From assembly GCA_043816005.1 (NCBI GenBank), contig JBDRIM010000041.1, forward strand, positions 19,509-83,508: DNA of 64,000 nt, read 5' to 3'. Numbering within the stretch: position 1 is the stretch's first letter; the number at the start of each line of letters is the position of its first letter. Source of the stretch: Candidatus Micrarchaeota archaeon (lineage in GTDB: Archaea > Micrarchaeota > Micrarchaeia > Anstonellales > Bilamarchaeaceae). Both the position numbers and the translations under genes were made by a program. The notes under the pieces were generated by a model that did not search any database, had not been told where the DNA came from, and saw only the letters and a program-made list of their open reading frames with translations. This document shows, one piece after another, positions 48,239-58,759 of the stretch.

Positions 48239-49012
48239 CTAACCCAACCTTGCTAATTTACCCTCTTTTCTTGCCTTTTCATACATAAAACCATTGAATA
48301 GATAACCGCAAATAAGCCACAATGCAGTCATGGATACTAAAATACTCATATCAGGACTACCAAGCCCATCAATTGATTTTAAAAGTTCAAATGCTTGGGT
48401 GCTTGGTAACAATTTAACAATTGGCAAAATAGATGCTGGATAAACAGCATCAACAGAAAAATACACACCTGAAAGCAAAACTATAACATCAGGCCAGATG
48501 AATGCTATATTGAATGCTTCTTCTTTCATGAAATATCCAAGACCAAGAGTGAAAAGTCCCATGGAAAAGCCAATTAAAGCAAAGAATATCATGGCCAATA
48601 AAAAAACTGGCCAATTTGTAATTGAAAAATTGTAGAGGTAATTTGTTGCAATAATATAAATGATAATAACGAGTATTGCTTTTAGTAATCCGCTTATCGC
48701 AGTTCCAAAAGCCATCTCTAATCTTGTGATTGGAGAGATCATAAGATGAGCTAGAGATTTAGACCAATGTTCTTCAGTGTATGAACTTACCATTTCAAGA
48801 TTAAGAAAATATATCATTCTCCACCCCATCATACCAAGAATAATCATATTTAGGTAAACGCTGTCGGTACCAAGATAGGTGACAAAAAAAGTTAATGTGA
48901 ATAGAAAAATCATTGGCCATATGAATATGTCTGACAATCTGAAGGTGTTTCGCTTAAGTGAGAATATGCTCTTGTGAACTTGAGAATAAATACGAGTTAG
49001 TGATCTAATCAT
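48239..49012 (-). CDS. ABC-2 type transporter permease
   Basis: About 6 TMs, LSGVYF, LLPST; coupled to the ATPase. Confidence 0.88.
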   Translation of the reverse strand: MIRSLTRIYSQVHKSIFSLKRNTFRLSDIFIWPMIFLFTLTFFVTYLGTDSVYLNMIILGMMGWRMIYFLNLEMVSSYTEEHWSKSLAHLMISPITRLEMAFGTAISGLLKAILVIIIYIIATNYLYNFSITNWPVFLLAMIFFALIGFSMGLFTLGLGYFMKEEAFNIAFIWPDVIVLLSGVYFSVDAVYPASILPIVKLLPSTQAFELLKSIDGLGSPDMSILVSMTALWLICGYLFNGFMYEKARKEGKLARLG

Positions 49013-49952
49013 GTTTTTCGCCTTTTTTTATTAATTTGAGATAGGTTTCTTCAAGAGTTGGTTCGAGGACACTTATATTGAATATTTTTGATTTGGTTTT
49101 CGAAAGGGCTTTCATCACGTCTTTTATCCTCTCATAGTTGTCAACCTCCATATATACAAGTTTAGGTGAATGCGAAAAGATAGATATTCCTTTTAAATTA
49201 CCAAGAGCTTTGAGGATTAAACTACCATCAGAACAATTAATTTCGATTATCCTTTTACTAACAACTTTTTCCTTAAGTTCTGCAAACGTACCAATATTAA
49301 GAATTTTGCCGTGGTTTATGAATGCAATCTCATCACATAATTCTTCTGCTTCAAACATATTATGCGTTGTTAGTAAAATAGTTCTGCCTTCTTTTCTAAG
49401 GCATTTGATAATTTCTCTTATATTAATTGCAGATTCAACGTCAAGACCAACAGTTGGCTCATCCAGTATAAGCACTTTTGGATCATTAAGAAGTGCCTTT
49501 GCAATCAAATATCTTTGTTTCATACCAGCAGAAAAATCTTCTACTGCAAGATTTCGATCGTGTTCTAAATGAACAAGTTCAAGTACGGTTTTTATTTTGT
49601 TTTTAGGATTTGGAACGTTGTAAAGTAATGAATAGTACATCAGCGCTTCTTCACATGACAATCTAAAAAGTGCCCCAGTAAAACCAGAAACAAGGTTAAT
49701 AGTTTCCTGCATTTTTTTTGTGTCTCTTGTGCAATCAAGTCCAAGTATCTCTGCTTTACCCTCATCAGGAGTCAGAATACCAGCTAGAATACTTATGAGG
49801 GTTGTTTTGCCTGCACCATTAGGCCCAAGCAATCCGAAAATTTCTCCTGAATTGATAGATAAGCTAACATCATCCAATGCAACTATTTTTTCTTTATTAC
49901 TGGAATAGAATTTAGAGACTCTAGATACTACTATTGCTTTATCCATATTCAT
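49005..49952 (-). CDS. ABC transporter ATP-binding protein
   Basis: GPNGAGKTT, FSAGMKQR, LDEPT, TTH. Confidence 0.95.
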   Translation of the reverse strand: MNMDKAIVVSRVSKFYSSNKEKIVALDDVSLSINSGEIFGLLGPNGAGKTTLISILAGILTPDEGKAEILGLDCTRDTKKMQETINLVSGFTGALFRLSCEEALMYYSLLYNVPNPKNKIKTVLELVHLEHDRNLAVEDFSAGMKQRYLIAKALLNDPKVLILDEPTVGLDVESAINIREIIKCLRKEGRTILLTTHNMFEAEELCDEIAFINHGKILNIGTFAELKEKVVSKRIIEINCSDGSLILKALGNLKGISIFSHSPKLVYMEVDNYERIKDVMKALSKTKSKIFNISVLEPTLEETYLKLIKKGEKHD

Positions 49953-49970
49953 CTATAGCTCAAGAGGTTT

Positions 49971-50723
49971 TTATAGTTTCTCAAAAACTAAACCTTGCAA
50001 ACGAGCAATGTGTTTTATGTTTTTGAAACCAATTGCAGAAAGACGTTTTTGAACCTCGCTTTCAATTTTTCTTCCTTTCTCCTTTCCAACTGATCCAACA
50101 TAATGAAATATTCTGGCGTTTTTTTTACAAACACGATGAAGATTACTATAAAATTCTTTTGAATAAAGATCAGGAGCGTGTGAAAAACGAGGCGGGTCAT
50201 GAATGACAAAATCAAACATATTCGATTGAAAATCATTAATCAATTCTGATGAGCTTCCTCGCATGAGAACAATTTTGGTATTTTTAGCAAATAAAAAATC
50301 ACTAAACGGATTCCATTGGGCCAAAGTAATCACGGCTGGTGAAAATTCGCACGTAACAACCATTTTCACAGAAGATTGTTTTGCTGCTTCAATTGCAGTA
50401 TAACCCAGACCCATACAACTATCAAAAACACTAAATTCTCCTTTTTTTGATATTCTTAATTGTTTAACGACTTCCTTTGCATAATCCAATGGAGTCTTAA
50501 AATCGCGAACAAGTTGCATTCTAAGACCATCTATTTCAAGAATTGGAATTCCATCAAATGGACGAAGTTTATAATAATGCCCATCAAAAAGATCAAGACG
50601 TACGATAACACCATCTTTTTCTGCATATATGAAATTGCCGTCACTAGTGTAGTTGATAGAACCATCAAAACTTTTACAGAAAAATTTACACTCTTTTTTT
50701 GCCACAACTGGTATGATATACAC
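49971..50723 (-). CDS. SAM-dependent methyltransferase
   Basis: DSCMGLGYTA; HDPPRF. Confidence 0.85.
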   Translation of the reverse strand: MYIIPVVAKKECKFFCKSFDGSINYTSDGNFIYAEKDGVIVRLDLFDGHYYKLRPFDGIPILEIDGLRMQLVRDFKTPLDYAKEVVKQLRISKKGEFSVFDSCMGLGYTAIEAAKQSSVKMVVTCEFSPAVITLAQWNPFSDFLFAKNTKIVLMRGSSSELINDFQSNMFDFVIHDPPRFSHAPDLYSKEFYSNLHRVCKKNARIFHYVGSVGKEKGRKIESEVQKRLSAIGFKNIKHIARLQGLVFEKL

Positions 50724-50821
50724 TAAATTTTAAGTTAACATATCATAAATAGTTAAGCACAAATGGTATTTTCAGGTTAAAAGTGTACATTTATAAGCAT
50801 ATCCCCGTATAATGCTAAAGT

Positions 50822-52051
50822 ATGAGTGGGTTACGATTTGCTGCCGGCGCATTAGCAGCAAACGGAGGGGGAGGAGGTTCAGGTAGCGATTCCGATGCTA
50901 CTACGACAGTTCTACCATACGATCCAGTAGACCTAAAAACCCCAATTTTACTAACTTCTATTTCTGACATTGAAGCTTTTGATAGAGAACTAGCACTTGT
51001 AACAAAAGGATTACCATTACTAATAGATATTGGAAGTGTTTTACGTGTCACTAGTTCACGTTATGCAGAATTTGGAATTGGATTAACTGATGATAATCGT
51101 GCTGAACTTGAAACAAAAGCAAGACACATATACATCAATGACGCAGCGCAAGACAGATCAAGTAAAACACCAACTGATACATGGTATAAATTCAAAAAAA
51201 ATCTTGCTGATCCTATCCTTACTGATATGGCAATGGCGATTAGTGTTATTTTGACAGAGATATTATCAACTGTAAAAAAAGATGGCCCCGTAAGAATATT
51301 AGATATTGCAACAGGTTCTGGAAGACTCGTATCGGCAGTTATAACTGCACTTGCATCTGACACAAGAACAGCAGATCTAGTAAAAAGAATAGAACTTCAT
51401 ATGGTTGATTATTCAAGTAATTTGTCTTGTGCACAAAATAATGCCATCCGTTTGGGTGTCTCCACAGTAAGAACTCACAGTTTATATGATGAACAATATT
51501 TAGATGAAGCACATGTAAGGGGAGACAAATTCGACATTGTAATGACGCTAAGTCATTTACATAGAAAACCTTTCATAGACGGGTATTTAAGATTGTTAAA
51601 GAATGTTTTGGAACCAGATGGAATTATAGCTAGTGGGGATTTCCATTCCACTATGACTCACCACCCTTCTCATTTGTATACTTTACTTGAAAGACATGGA
51701 GTTGAACCCGTAAGAATGAATTTGCTTAGAGAACTTTTTGGACCATTATTGACACCAAAACCATGTCATTTGACAGCATGCGAAGATGAAGCAATACAAG
51801 ACCACCTTAGATATTGGGATAAATTACTCAGACAGGCAGTAAGGTTTAGTGGTGGAGCACGTGTCAGAATATTAGGTGGTTTCTTATCAAGTATTCAATT
51901 ATGTAGTGCATTAGATAGAATAGGCATGTCAACTAATAAAGACGCATTGGAAAGAGCATTCCCTAATGCGAAATTGCCAAATCATCTCCCACATAAAGTC
52001 AGACCAAACACTGATACGGGAGTTGTAACTATTGCACGAGTGAGATCGTGA
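50822..52051 (+). CDS. Class I SAM-dependent methyltransferase-like protein
   Basis: ILDIATGSG; FDIV...LH; LEPDG...GDF. Confidence 0.7.
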   Translation: MSGLRFAAGALAANGGGGGSGSDSDATTTVLPYDPVDLKTPILLTSISDIEAFDRELALVTKGLPLLIDIGSVLRVTSSRYAEFGIGLTDDNRAELETKARHIYINDAAQDRSSKTPTDTWYKFKKNLADPILTDMAMAISVILTEILSTVKKDGPVRILDIATGSGRLVSAVITALASDTRTADLVKRIELHMVDYSSNLSCAQNNAIRLGVSTVRTHSLYDEQYLDEAHVRGDKFDIVMTLSHLHRKPFIDGYLRLLKNVLEPDGIIASGDFHSTMTHHPSHLYTLLERHGVEPVRMNLLRELFGPLLTPKPCHLTACEDEAIQDHLRYWDKLLRQAVRFSGGARVRILGGFLSSIQLCSALDRIGMSTNKDALERAFPNAKLPNHLPHKVRPNTDTGVVTIARVRS

Positions 52052-53157
52052 AACCTGCTATTGAAAGTATTAGTGATTTAGAACGATTAGACGACAGATT
52101 CCAGGATATATGTTCTAATTTAATTGTACCCCCAGGCACTTTATTCAGAATAGTAAGTTCTTATTTAGAACAATGGGGGATACTGGTTACACCTGAAAAT
52201 GCTGCATGGATAGAGAAAAGAGGGCAGGAAAGTTATAGAACTGAATGGAGAACTACTCCAGGAACAAGTTATAACGCAATAGATAATGCAATTGAAATTG
52301 CAGGTTTGGGTCATGACAATAAAAACATGAATGCTGCTCTTGCAAATATTGCAGCAAGAGCACTAATTGAAAAGGTACGCACAAAAGATAGGGAAAAAAA
52401 ACTAGTAGTATTGGATGTTGGATCTGGAACTGGAGGAACAACTGGTGCATTGATTAGCGTATTAAACATTATGGCACCAACCGTACTTGAACATTGTACA
52501 TTTCTATTGTTGGAAATGGCCTTTGAAAGACATGTTGATGCAATGAAGAACACCCTTAGAGGAACAAATGCAGAAGTTCTACCACAAACAAGGGAATTTT
52601 ATGAACATTTTGAAGGATCAGGATCTGGAACTATTGATCTTATTATATCAAATGCAGTTTTCCACCATATGACAACAACAAGATATATAGACCTCCTTCA
52701 TTCAAGATTACGAGATGATGGATTGGTGATAATGGGTGATTGGTATACTGCTATTTGGTCACACCCGGGTTTTTTTATGCAGGTCATGAAGGAATTAGGT
52801 GCAAACGCTAGAGAATTGCTGGCATTTCAGCAAGAATTTGATGTAAGTGACTGGCAAACACAAGAAGAAGAAGAGAGATTGGGAATGGGGGAAAGAGAAA
52901 CTAATAGACAAATGAAACGTTTTGTAAAATGTTTGGCAGATCAAATGCAACGCGTACCAAGAGGAGAAAGATTACTATTACTAGAGGGACATGAACGATT
53001 TACTGATAGAATGAAAAAATTCGATGAAGGGGGATTTTTAACTGTACCTGGAGAACTCGCAACAAAATACACTGAATTTGTAAGAGGAAGTATAGCTAGG
53101 ATGTACCGAGGACGTGATTTTGCAACTGTAGTTGGAATTGCAAAAAAACCACTCTAG
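52048..53157 (+). CDS. Class I SAM-dependent methyltransferase-like protein
   Basis: VLDVGSGTG; DLIISNAVFHH; LRDDG...GDW. Confidence 0.75.
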   Translation: MKPAIESISDLERLDDRFQDICSNLIVPPGTLFRIVSSYLEQWGILVTPENAAWIEKRGQESYRTEWRTTPGTSYNAIDNAIEIAGLGHDNKNMNAALANIAARALIEKVRTKDREKKLVVLDVGSGTGGTTGALISVLNIMAPTVLEHCTFLLLEMAFERHVDAMKNTLRGTNAEVLPQTREFYEHFEGSGSGTIDLIISNAVFHHMTTTRYIDLLHSRLRDDGLVIMGDWYTAIWSHPGFFMQVMKELGANARELLAFQQEFDVSDWQTQEEEERLGMGERETNRQMKRFVKCLADQMQRVPRGERLLLLEGHERFTDRMKKFDEGGFLTVPGELATKYTEFVRGSIARMYRGRDFATVVGIAKKPL

Positions 53158-54422
53158 AACTCAATTGTTTCCTGCCCCATAAAATCTTGAAGAGCTCTTG
53201 GGATCACAATAGTTTTATCTTCCTGGAAATTTTCAACTATTGCAACCATTGTTCTTCCCACAGCAAGACCACTACCATTCAATGTATGAACAAATTCTAC
53301 TCCCTTTGAACCTCTAAATCTAATGTTTGCTCTTCTTGCCTGAAAATCAGTACAATTTGAACAAGAGGAAATTTCGCGATATTTATCCTGCGATGGCACC
53401 CAAGCTTCGATATCATATGTTTTTGCGCTTGCAAATCCAAGATCTCCAGTGCAAAGTTCTATTACACGATAGGGGATCTCAAGCAGCTCAAGAATTCGTT
53501 CTGCGTCTTTAACAAGACCTTCTAGTTCATGAAAACTATTAGTTGGATGGGCAAATTTTACAAGTTCAACTTTATTGAACTGGTGCTGACGAATTAATCC
53601 CTTAATATCCTTACCATATGCACCAGCTTCACGTCTAAAACAAGGAGTATATGCAGTGAGTTTTATTGGGATGTTTTCTTCAATAATTTCCCCGGAATAA
53701 AGATTAGTAAGTGGAACTTCTGCAGTTGGAACTAAAAGAAGATCATCGTCTTTGCATTGATACAGTTCTTCTCTGAATTTTGGTAATTGTCCTGTTCCAG
53801 TCATTGTTTTAGCATTAACTAAATAAGGAGGAGAAACTTCAAGATAACCACGTGAAGTATGAATTGCAAGCATAAAATTGATTAATGCTCTTTCTAGTTT
53901 TGCAAAATCACCATAAAGAACGCTAAACCTGTGGTGTGCAAGTTTTACTCCGCGTTCAAAATCAATTAATTTTGTTTTTTCACCCAAATCATGATGATCC
54001 AGCACATCAGTAGAATATTTTTTAGGTTCTCCCCATTTTCTTATTTCTGGATTGGAGGTTTCATCTTTTCCAATAGGTACAGAAGAATGTGGAAAATTTG
54101 GAAGGAGAAGCAATTGATTGTTTATTTGTTCTTCAAGTGTAGTAGTTTCAATCGAGATATCTTTTATCCTTTTACTCACATCGCTTGATTTTGTGATTTC
54201 ACTATCAAAATTGTCTGCTGCTTTCTTTTTTGCATTGATCTCCATGCTAAGTTTGTTTCTCTCTGCTCTGAGTTCTTCTTCTTCTTTTTTGACTGTGCGC
54301 CATTGTGAATCAAGTTCGATGGTTTTTGATAGAATTGTAAATGCCTCTTCAGGATAATTCCTGGTTCTTAATGATTGTTCTACAATTGCAGGATTCTCCC
54401 TAATAGTATGAATATCGATCAT
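53154..54422 (-). CDS. serS: Seryl-tRNA synthetase
   Basis: GTGQLPKF, PTAEVP, FRREAG, HQFNKVE, EISSCSNC, HTLNGS. Confidence 0.97.
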   Translation of the reverse strand: MIDIHTIRENPAIVEQSLRTRNYPEEAFTILSKTIELDSQWRTVKKEEEELRAERNKLSMEINAKKKAADNFDSEITKSSDVSKRIKDISIETTTLEEQINNQLLLLPNFPHSSVPIGKDETSNPEIRKWGEPKKYSTDVLDHHDLGEKTKLIDFERGVKLAHHRFSVLYGDFAKLERALINFMLAIHTSRGYLEVSPPYLVNAKTMTGTGQLPKFREELYQCKDDDLLLVPTAEVPLTNLYSGEIIEENIPIKLTAYTPCFRREAGAYGKDIKGLIRQHQFNKVELVKFAHPTNSFHELEGLVKDAERILELLEIPYRVIELCTGDLGFASAKTYDIEAWVPSQDKYREISSCSNCTDFQARRANIRFRGSKGVEFVHTLNGSGLAVGRTMVAIVENFQEDKTIVIPRALQDFMGQETIEF

Positions 54423-54481
54423 GTTTATTATCTCTAAGAAAGGGTTTAAAGTCCTTGAGGATGGATTTGCAGCAGCAAAAA

Positions 54482-55012
54482 TTATTTAAGCAACGATTGT
54501 AATTTAGCTACTGCTTCTTCCAATTTGCCTTGGTTGTTGAAGATAACAACTGCTGGAGCACCAGTAAATGCACTATATGCTGCAAGATAGGAACGATTTA
54601 GGCTATCGTGAAGGAAAATGTCATCGGCATCTCGTTTTCTTGTTGGATCTGAGGCCCTTCGCGCTGCAACTTCTTTTGGATCTGCAGTAACAAGGACAAT
54701 TGCATCAACTTTGAGCATTTTTAAATAATCAAATGGGAGTCCTGGAAAGAAACCATTTGGAGTATTGATAGAACAATGAGTGTCTAGAATGATCTTACCA
54801 TTTTCTTTGGAAAGTTTCTCATAAACCATCTTCTGAGCTTGTTTTTGTTTTTCAATAGAAAGTTTACGCATGTCATCCCTATCTTTAACCCCAAAATGTT
54901 CTTTTTCAATCTCGAGCATTAAATCTCCGTAATTAAGAATAGTGTAATCAGTTTTAAGTCCTTTGAGAACAGTTGTTTTTCCAGCGCCTGGTAACCCCAT
55001 TACAATTATCAT
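54482..55012 (-). CDS. adkA: Archaeal adenylate kinase
   Basis: GLPGAGKTT, NYGD, RDDMRKL, DTH, PGLP; follows secY. Confidence 0.92.
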   Translation of the reverse strand: MIIVMGLPGAGKTTVLKGLKTDYTILNYGDLMLEIEKEHFGVKDRDDMRKLSIEKQKQAQKMVYEKLSKENGKIILDTHCSINTPNGFFPGLPFDYLKMLKVDAIVLVTADPKEVAARRASDPTRKRDADDIFLHDSLNRSYLAAYSAFTGAPAVVIFNNQGKLEEAVAKLQSLLK

Positions 55013-55151
55013 ATCAAAACCCTCCATAAAAAGGACCAATGTCCTTTTTGAATCTCCTTTTATTTCTATGGGTTTTGGATGTTCTTGAACAACGTTTCAT
55101 TCAAAACCCTCCATAAAAAATTGAAAATATATCGGGAAAAAGAAAATTAAT

Positions 55152-56705
55152 TTATTCACCAAGGAATTTAGTAAAGCTTGGGTACATTTCAAATGTCTTC
55201 ATCTGTTCAAGCTGCTCATACATTTTATGTAGGATACCAACTGTAAGTAGAATACCAGTTCCAGTACCAAGAGCACCAGTTAAATCTGCAATTCCTGCAA
55301 GAAGACCAACTGAAAATGACCCCATTACAGTGAGAGGAAATATGTGTTTGTTAAGAATTGTTTCAAGCATTCTCGGATCTCTTCTGAAACCAGGAATCTG
55401 CAGTCCGGATTCTGAAAGCTGAGATGCAACACTTTTTGCATCCATGTTTGATGTTTCAACCCAAAATAAACCAAACACAATAGAAACAGATGATAACATT
55501 AAAATGTACACAATTGCATGGACCCATTCTGGAATTCCTAAAACAGGTGAGGAAGTAGTAAATAAAAGTGAATAATATTGCGTACCTTGACCAACACCAT
55601 AGAGCGGAGTAAAAAGATAAAGGATACCATCACGAAGCCTACCGTCAGAAGTTGTATAACCTATAATTGGTAGGACGCCATCTCTTCCGAAATCGTATTG
55701 ACGAGTTTCAAGAAGTGCTTTATATGCAGGTACTGCAGTTGCAGCACCAGTTACTGGAGATGTGTCCCAGTATGCACCTGTTAAAATCCCTCCTGAAAAC
55801 AACTGCATGTTAATTATAAGTGCACTGGCAAAAATAACTGGAATGTTAGAAACATAGAAAAACTTAAGCGGCAAATTGGGAACCATTCCACGTACACGCT
55901 CAAATGCAATTGGTATTTCTACCTTAAGAGATTCTGCATAGACTACCACTATGAAAACAAGAACCGTAAAGCCAAATGGCAATAATGTTAACAATGCATT
56001 TGGCAATGCCTCTGCACCACCCTCACCCATTATTGCTATGAAACCAGTAGATTGATCAAAAATTAAATGAACCAACCCGAGGAAAACTGCAAGAGAAACA
56101 CCAGCAGCAATGAAAAGACTAATACCGCTACCAATTCCGTATTTTGTTACTAGTTCATCCAAGAACAAAATTAACACAGAACCAATTGTAATTTGTAGAA
56201 TAACAAGAGCCATAGTAAATGGAGCGTGAAGATGTTGGACACCTGCAGCATCAGTTATGTAACCCTCTCCTAAGCCATCAAACATTGGTTGTATTGGAAC
56301 AATACCAGTAAATACAACAAAGATCAATGCTTCTGCGATAGCAAGCACAATAGCAAGTATTTTTTGTGTTTCTAGGAATTTAGCTCTTTCTTTCTTGTCT
56401 TTCATGTTGAGGTTGATAATCCCAGCACCAACAAATAACTGAAGGAAAATACTTGCAAGGACTATTGGGCCAATACCAGTAGTAAGGAGACTTCCCGTAC
56501 GTGATGCAGTAATTGTTTGAAGGAAATCGATTGCAGTATTATCTTTATGCATGACACCGAACGCAGTTGTCTCATACATCATAAAGTACAATACAAGAAT
56601 TACCCCTACCCACATTAACCGTTCTTTGGTCCCAAGTGCTTTGATAGGGGATTTTATTACCGGTAAATATCCTGCAATTATGTGTATTATGTCAAATACG
56701 CCCAT
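55152..56705 (-). CDS. secY: Preprotein translocase SecY
   Basis: GIGPIV, GIGSGISLFI, YVSNIPVI, IPGFRRDPR, GTGILL. Confidence 0.96.
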   Translation of the reverse strand: MGVFDIIHIIAGYLPVIKSPIKALGTKERLMWVGVILVLYFMMYETTAFGVMHKDNTAIDFLQTITASRTGSLLTTGIGPIVLASIFLQLFVGAGIINLNMKDKKERAKFLETQKILAIVLAIAEALIFVVFTGIVPIQPMFDGLGEGYITDAAGVQHLHAPFTMALVILQITIGSVLILFLDELVTKYGIGSGISLFIAAGVSLAVFLGLVHLIFDQSTGFIAIMGEGGAEALPNALLTLLPFGFTVLVFIVVVYAESLKVEIPIAFERVRGMVPNLPLKFFYVSNIPVIFASALIINMQLFSGGILTGAYWDTSPVTGAATAVPAYKALLETRQYDFGRDGVLPIIGYTTSDGRLRDGILYLFTPLYGVGQGTQYYSLLFTTSSPVLGIPEWVHAIVYILMLSSVSIVFGLFWVETSNMDAKSVASQLSESGLQIPGFRRDPRMLETILNKHIFPLTVMGSFSVGLLAGIADLTGALGTGTGILLTVGILHKMYEQLEQMKTFEMYPSFTKFLGE

Positions 56706-56754
56706 TAGAATCAGCTATTTGTCCAGATCTAATTTTATAAAGCTTTCTTCTGAA

Positions 56755-57177
56755 TTAAGAAGCCTTCTCCATATTCACAATCTGTCCGCCTGCTTCAGAA
56801 AGTTTTTTCTCAACATTCTTACTCCAGTAACGCGCACGAATTGAAAGTGGGACCGTAACATTTCCTGTTGCAAGAACTTTACCTTTGAAATCAAAGCAGT
56901 ACTTGCCGTCTTTTTTCTCAAGTTTATTGAGCAATGCTTTTTGGTTTATCTCATAAAGATTTACTGTTTGAACCTTTTTTCTGGTTGTGTTCACAAAACC
57001 AGTTTTACCAAAGTAGCCAGGAGCAAATTTAACTATCCAGCTGTTTTTGTGTTTGCATGCACCACCCATACCTCGGCCACCGCGATTACCACTACCTCTT
57101 CTGTTTTTTATATTGCCGCGACCGTGTGTTCTGTGGCCTAAGAAACCGCTTTTTTGTTTACTTTGTCTTTTGCTCAT
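56755..57177 (-). CDS. rpl15: 50S ribosomal protein L15
   Basis: RTHGRG...GNRGGRG; FGKTGF. Confidence 0.92.
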   Translation of the reverse strand: MSKRQSKQKSGFLGHRTHGRGNIKNRRGSGNRGGRGMGGACKHKNSWIVKFAPGYFGKTGFVNTTRKKVQTVNLYEINQKALLNKLEKKDGKYCFDFKGKVLATGNVTVPLSIRARYWSKNVEKKLSEAGGQIVNMEKAS

Positions 57178-57181
57178 ATGA

Positions 57182-57613
57182 TCACATCATTTTTCTCAGA
57201 ATAGAACCCATATTCTCTCTTTTTCCAAGAGTTCCTTCTGGATATTTTACCTTCACATTTTTATGACCTTTTGAAGGTGGGCTAAGCCGAAAAACCGGAT
57301 TCATATAATCAACAGTTTTCTTACCAGAGAATATGCTTTTTGCAGCGTCTTTGATTTGTTCTTCCTTTAGAACAGATCGTAAAAATACAACACCCTTCTT
57401 TCCTCTTTTATACAAAAGCGCTTGTATTGTGCCCTCATCAACAGGACCATATGTAACATAATCTTTTACAATTGAAAGCATACCCAAATTCTGTGGAGTA
57501 TCATCAACTAAGACACAGTGATTTGGTCTTTCAAGACGAAGAAGCTCGAATGTTTTTCTTATTTTAGGAGCTACTTTCCTTACTCCCCTTATACGTAATA
57601 CAGCAATTTTCAT
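57182..57613 (-). CDS. rpl30: 50S ribosomal protein L30
   Basis: AVLRIRG; DYVTYG; FRLSPP. Confidence 0.93.
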   Translation of the reverse strand: MKIAVLRIRGVRKVAPKIRKTFELLRLERPNHCVLVDDTPQNLGMLSIVKDYVTYGPVDEGTIQALLYKRGKKGVVFLRSVLKEEQIKDAAKSIFSGKKTVDYMNPVFRLSPPSKGHKNVKVKYPEGTLGKRENMGSILRKMM

Positions 57614-57623
57614 GATTAACCCC

Positions 57624-58250
57624 TCATTCTGCCCTTGGTTTGAGTGTGTTCAAACTATCAAGAGCTTTCATTGTTGCGACGGCCATATTATAGATGTTTT
57701 TACCGCCCTGCATAGAACTCCAAACATCCTTTACACCTGCCATACCCAAAACTTTCCTAACAATATCATTGCCAGCCAAACCAAGACCTCTTGGAGCTGG
57801 TTTTAGTGTAATTATAGTACTTCCTTCCTTCCCAACTGTTTTTGATGGAACAGAGTGATTGAATGCACATTTACATTCCCAACTTCCGCACCCTATTCTG
57901 ATTGATATCATGTGTTTTTTTGCATCTCTTACTGCATAATCAATTGCAGGTTTGAGCTCATCACTTTTTCCTACACCAAGACCTACATGACCTTTTTTGT
58001 CACCTATAACAGCAACAACACGAAATTTTGATCTTTTACCTGAGTCAGTAACTCTCTGAGTTGTTTTTATCAGAAGATTTTCAGATTCCATATCAGGTAA
58101 TAGAACATCTATCATCTCTGATTCAAGAATTGGTTTACCAGTGTCAAGAACTTCTTCCAGAGTGGTGATTTCACCATTCTTTACTTTTGTTCCCAAAATT
58201 GTTTTTGGCTGCCATGATTCCTTATCAATAGTTTTTACTTTTTCACTCAT
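57624..58250 (-). CDS. rps5: 30S ribosomal protein S5
   Basis: WQPKTILG; QRVTDSG; GCGSWEC; PAPRGLGL. Confidence 0.95.
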   Translation of the reverse strand: MSEKVKTIDKESWQPKTILGTKVKNGEITTLEEVLDTGKPILESEMIDVLLPDMESENLLIKTTQRVTDSGKRSKFRVVAVIGDKKGHVGLGVGKSDELKPAIDYAVRDAKKHMISIRIGCGSWECKCAFNHSVPSKTVGKEGSTIITLKPAPRGLGLAGNDIVRKVLGMAGVKDVWSSMQGGKNIYNMAVATMKALDSLNTLKPRAE

Positions 58251-58261
58251 TAATATCACCA

Positions 58262-58759
58262 CTAACCTGCTATTATCTTTGCTTTTACCTCATTGAACAT
58301 TGACTTGTATTTATCAGGAGGATTGGAAATTTTTTCTTCTGGAACTTTTTCCTTATCATATGAAATTACTACACCTGCATCTGCTGCTCCTTTTTGTGCA
58401 GCAAAAATCACTGAACCTTTTGAAGGCGTGTACATACCCATATCTAATATTGCCTCTTTGACTCCTTTTTTCTGCGCGACTTTCGCAGCCATTAAACCAA
58501 CGAGATAGGCAGTCCAAACATTTCTTTTTGACTGCCATTTGTAGGTTTTTGACAAGTGAGACCCACTTAATGTGACTAAAGTTTTATCTCCTTTAGGATC
58601 AAAATTGACAAATTGAACAATTATTCCTTTATTACTTCTTCGCACTACCATTCTTGTCTTACCGCCACTAACTAATGCAAGTCTCTTGGCAAAGTTTGTT
58701 TTACCATCCCTTCTTCTCCTGAAATATACTCTAAAGCTAGGACCTGATGCTTTCGTCAT
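58262..58759 (-). CDS. rpl18: 50S ribosomal protein L18
   Basis: RRRRDGKTN; AYLVG; KGAADAG. Confidence 0.94.
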   Translation of the reverse strand: MTKASGPSFRVYFRRRRDGKTNFAKRLALVSGGKTRMVVRRSNKGIIVQFVNFDPKGDKTLVTLSGSHLSKTYKWQSKRNVWTAYLVGLMAAKVAQKKGVKEAILDMGMYTPSKGSVIFAAQKGAADAGVVISYDKEKVPEEKISNPPDKYKSMFNEVKAKIIAG

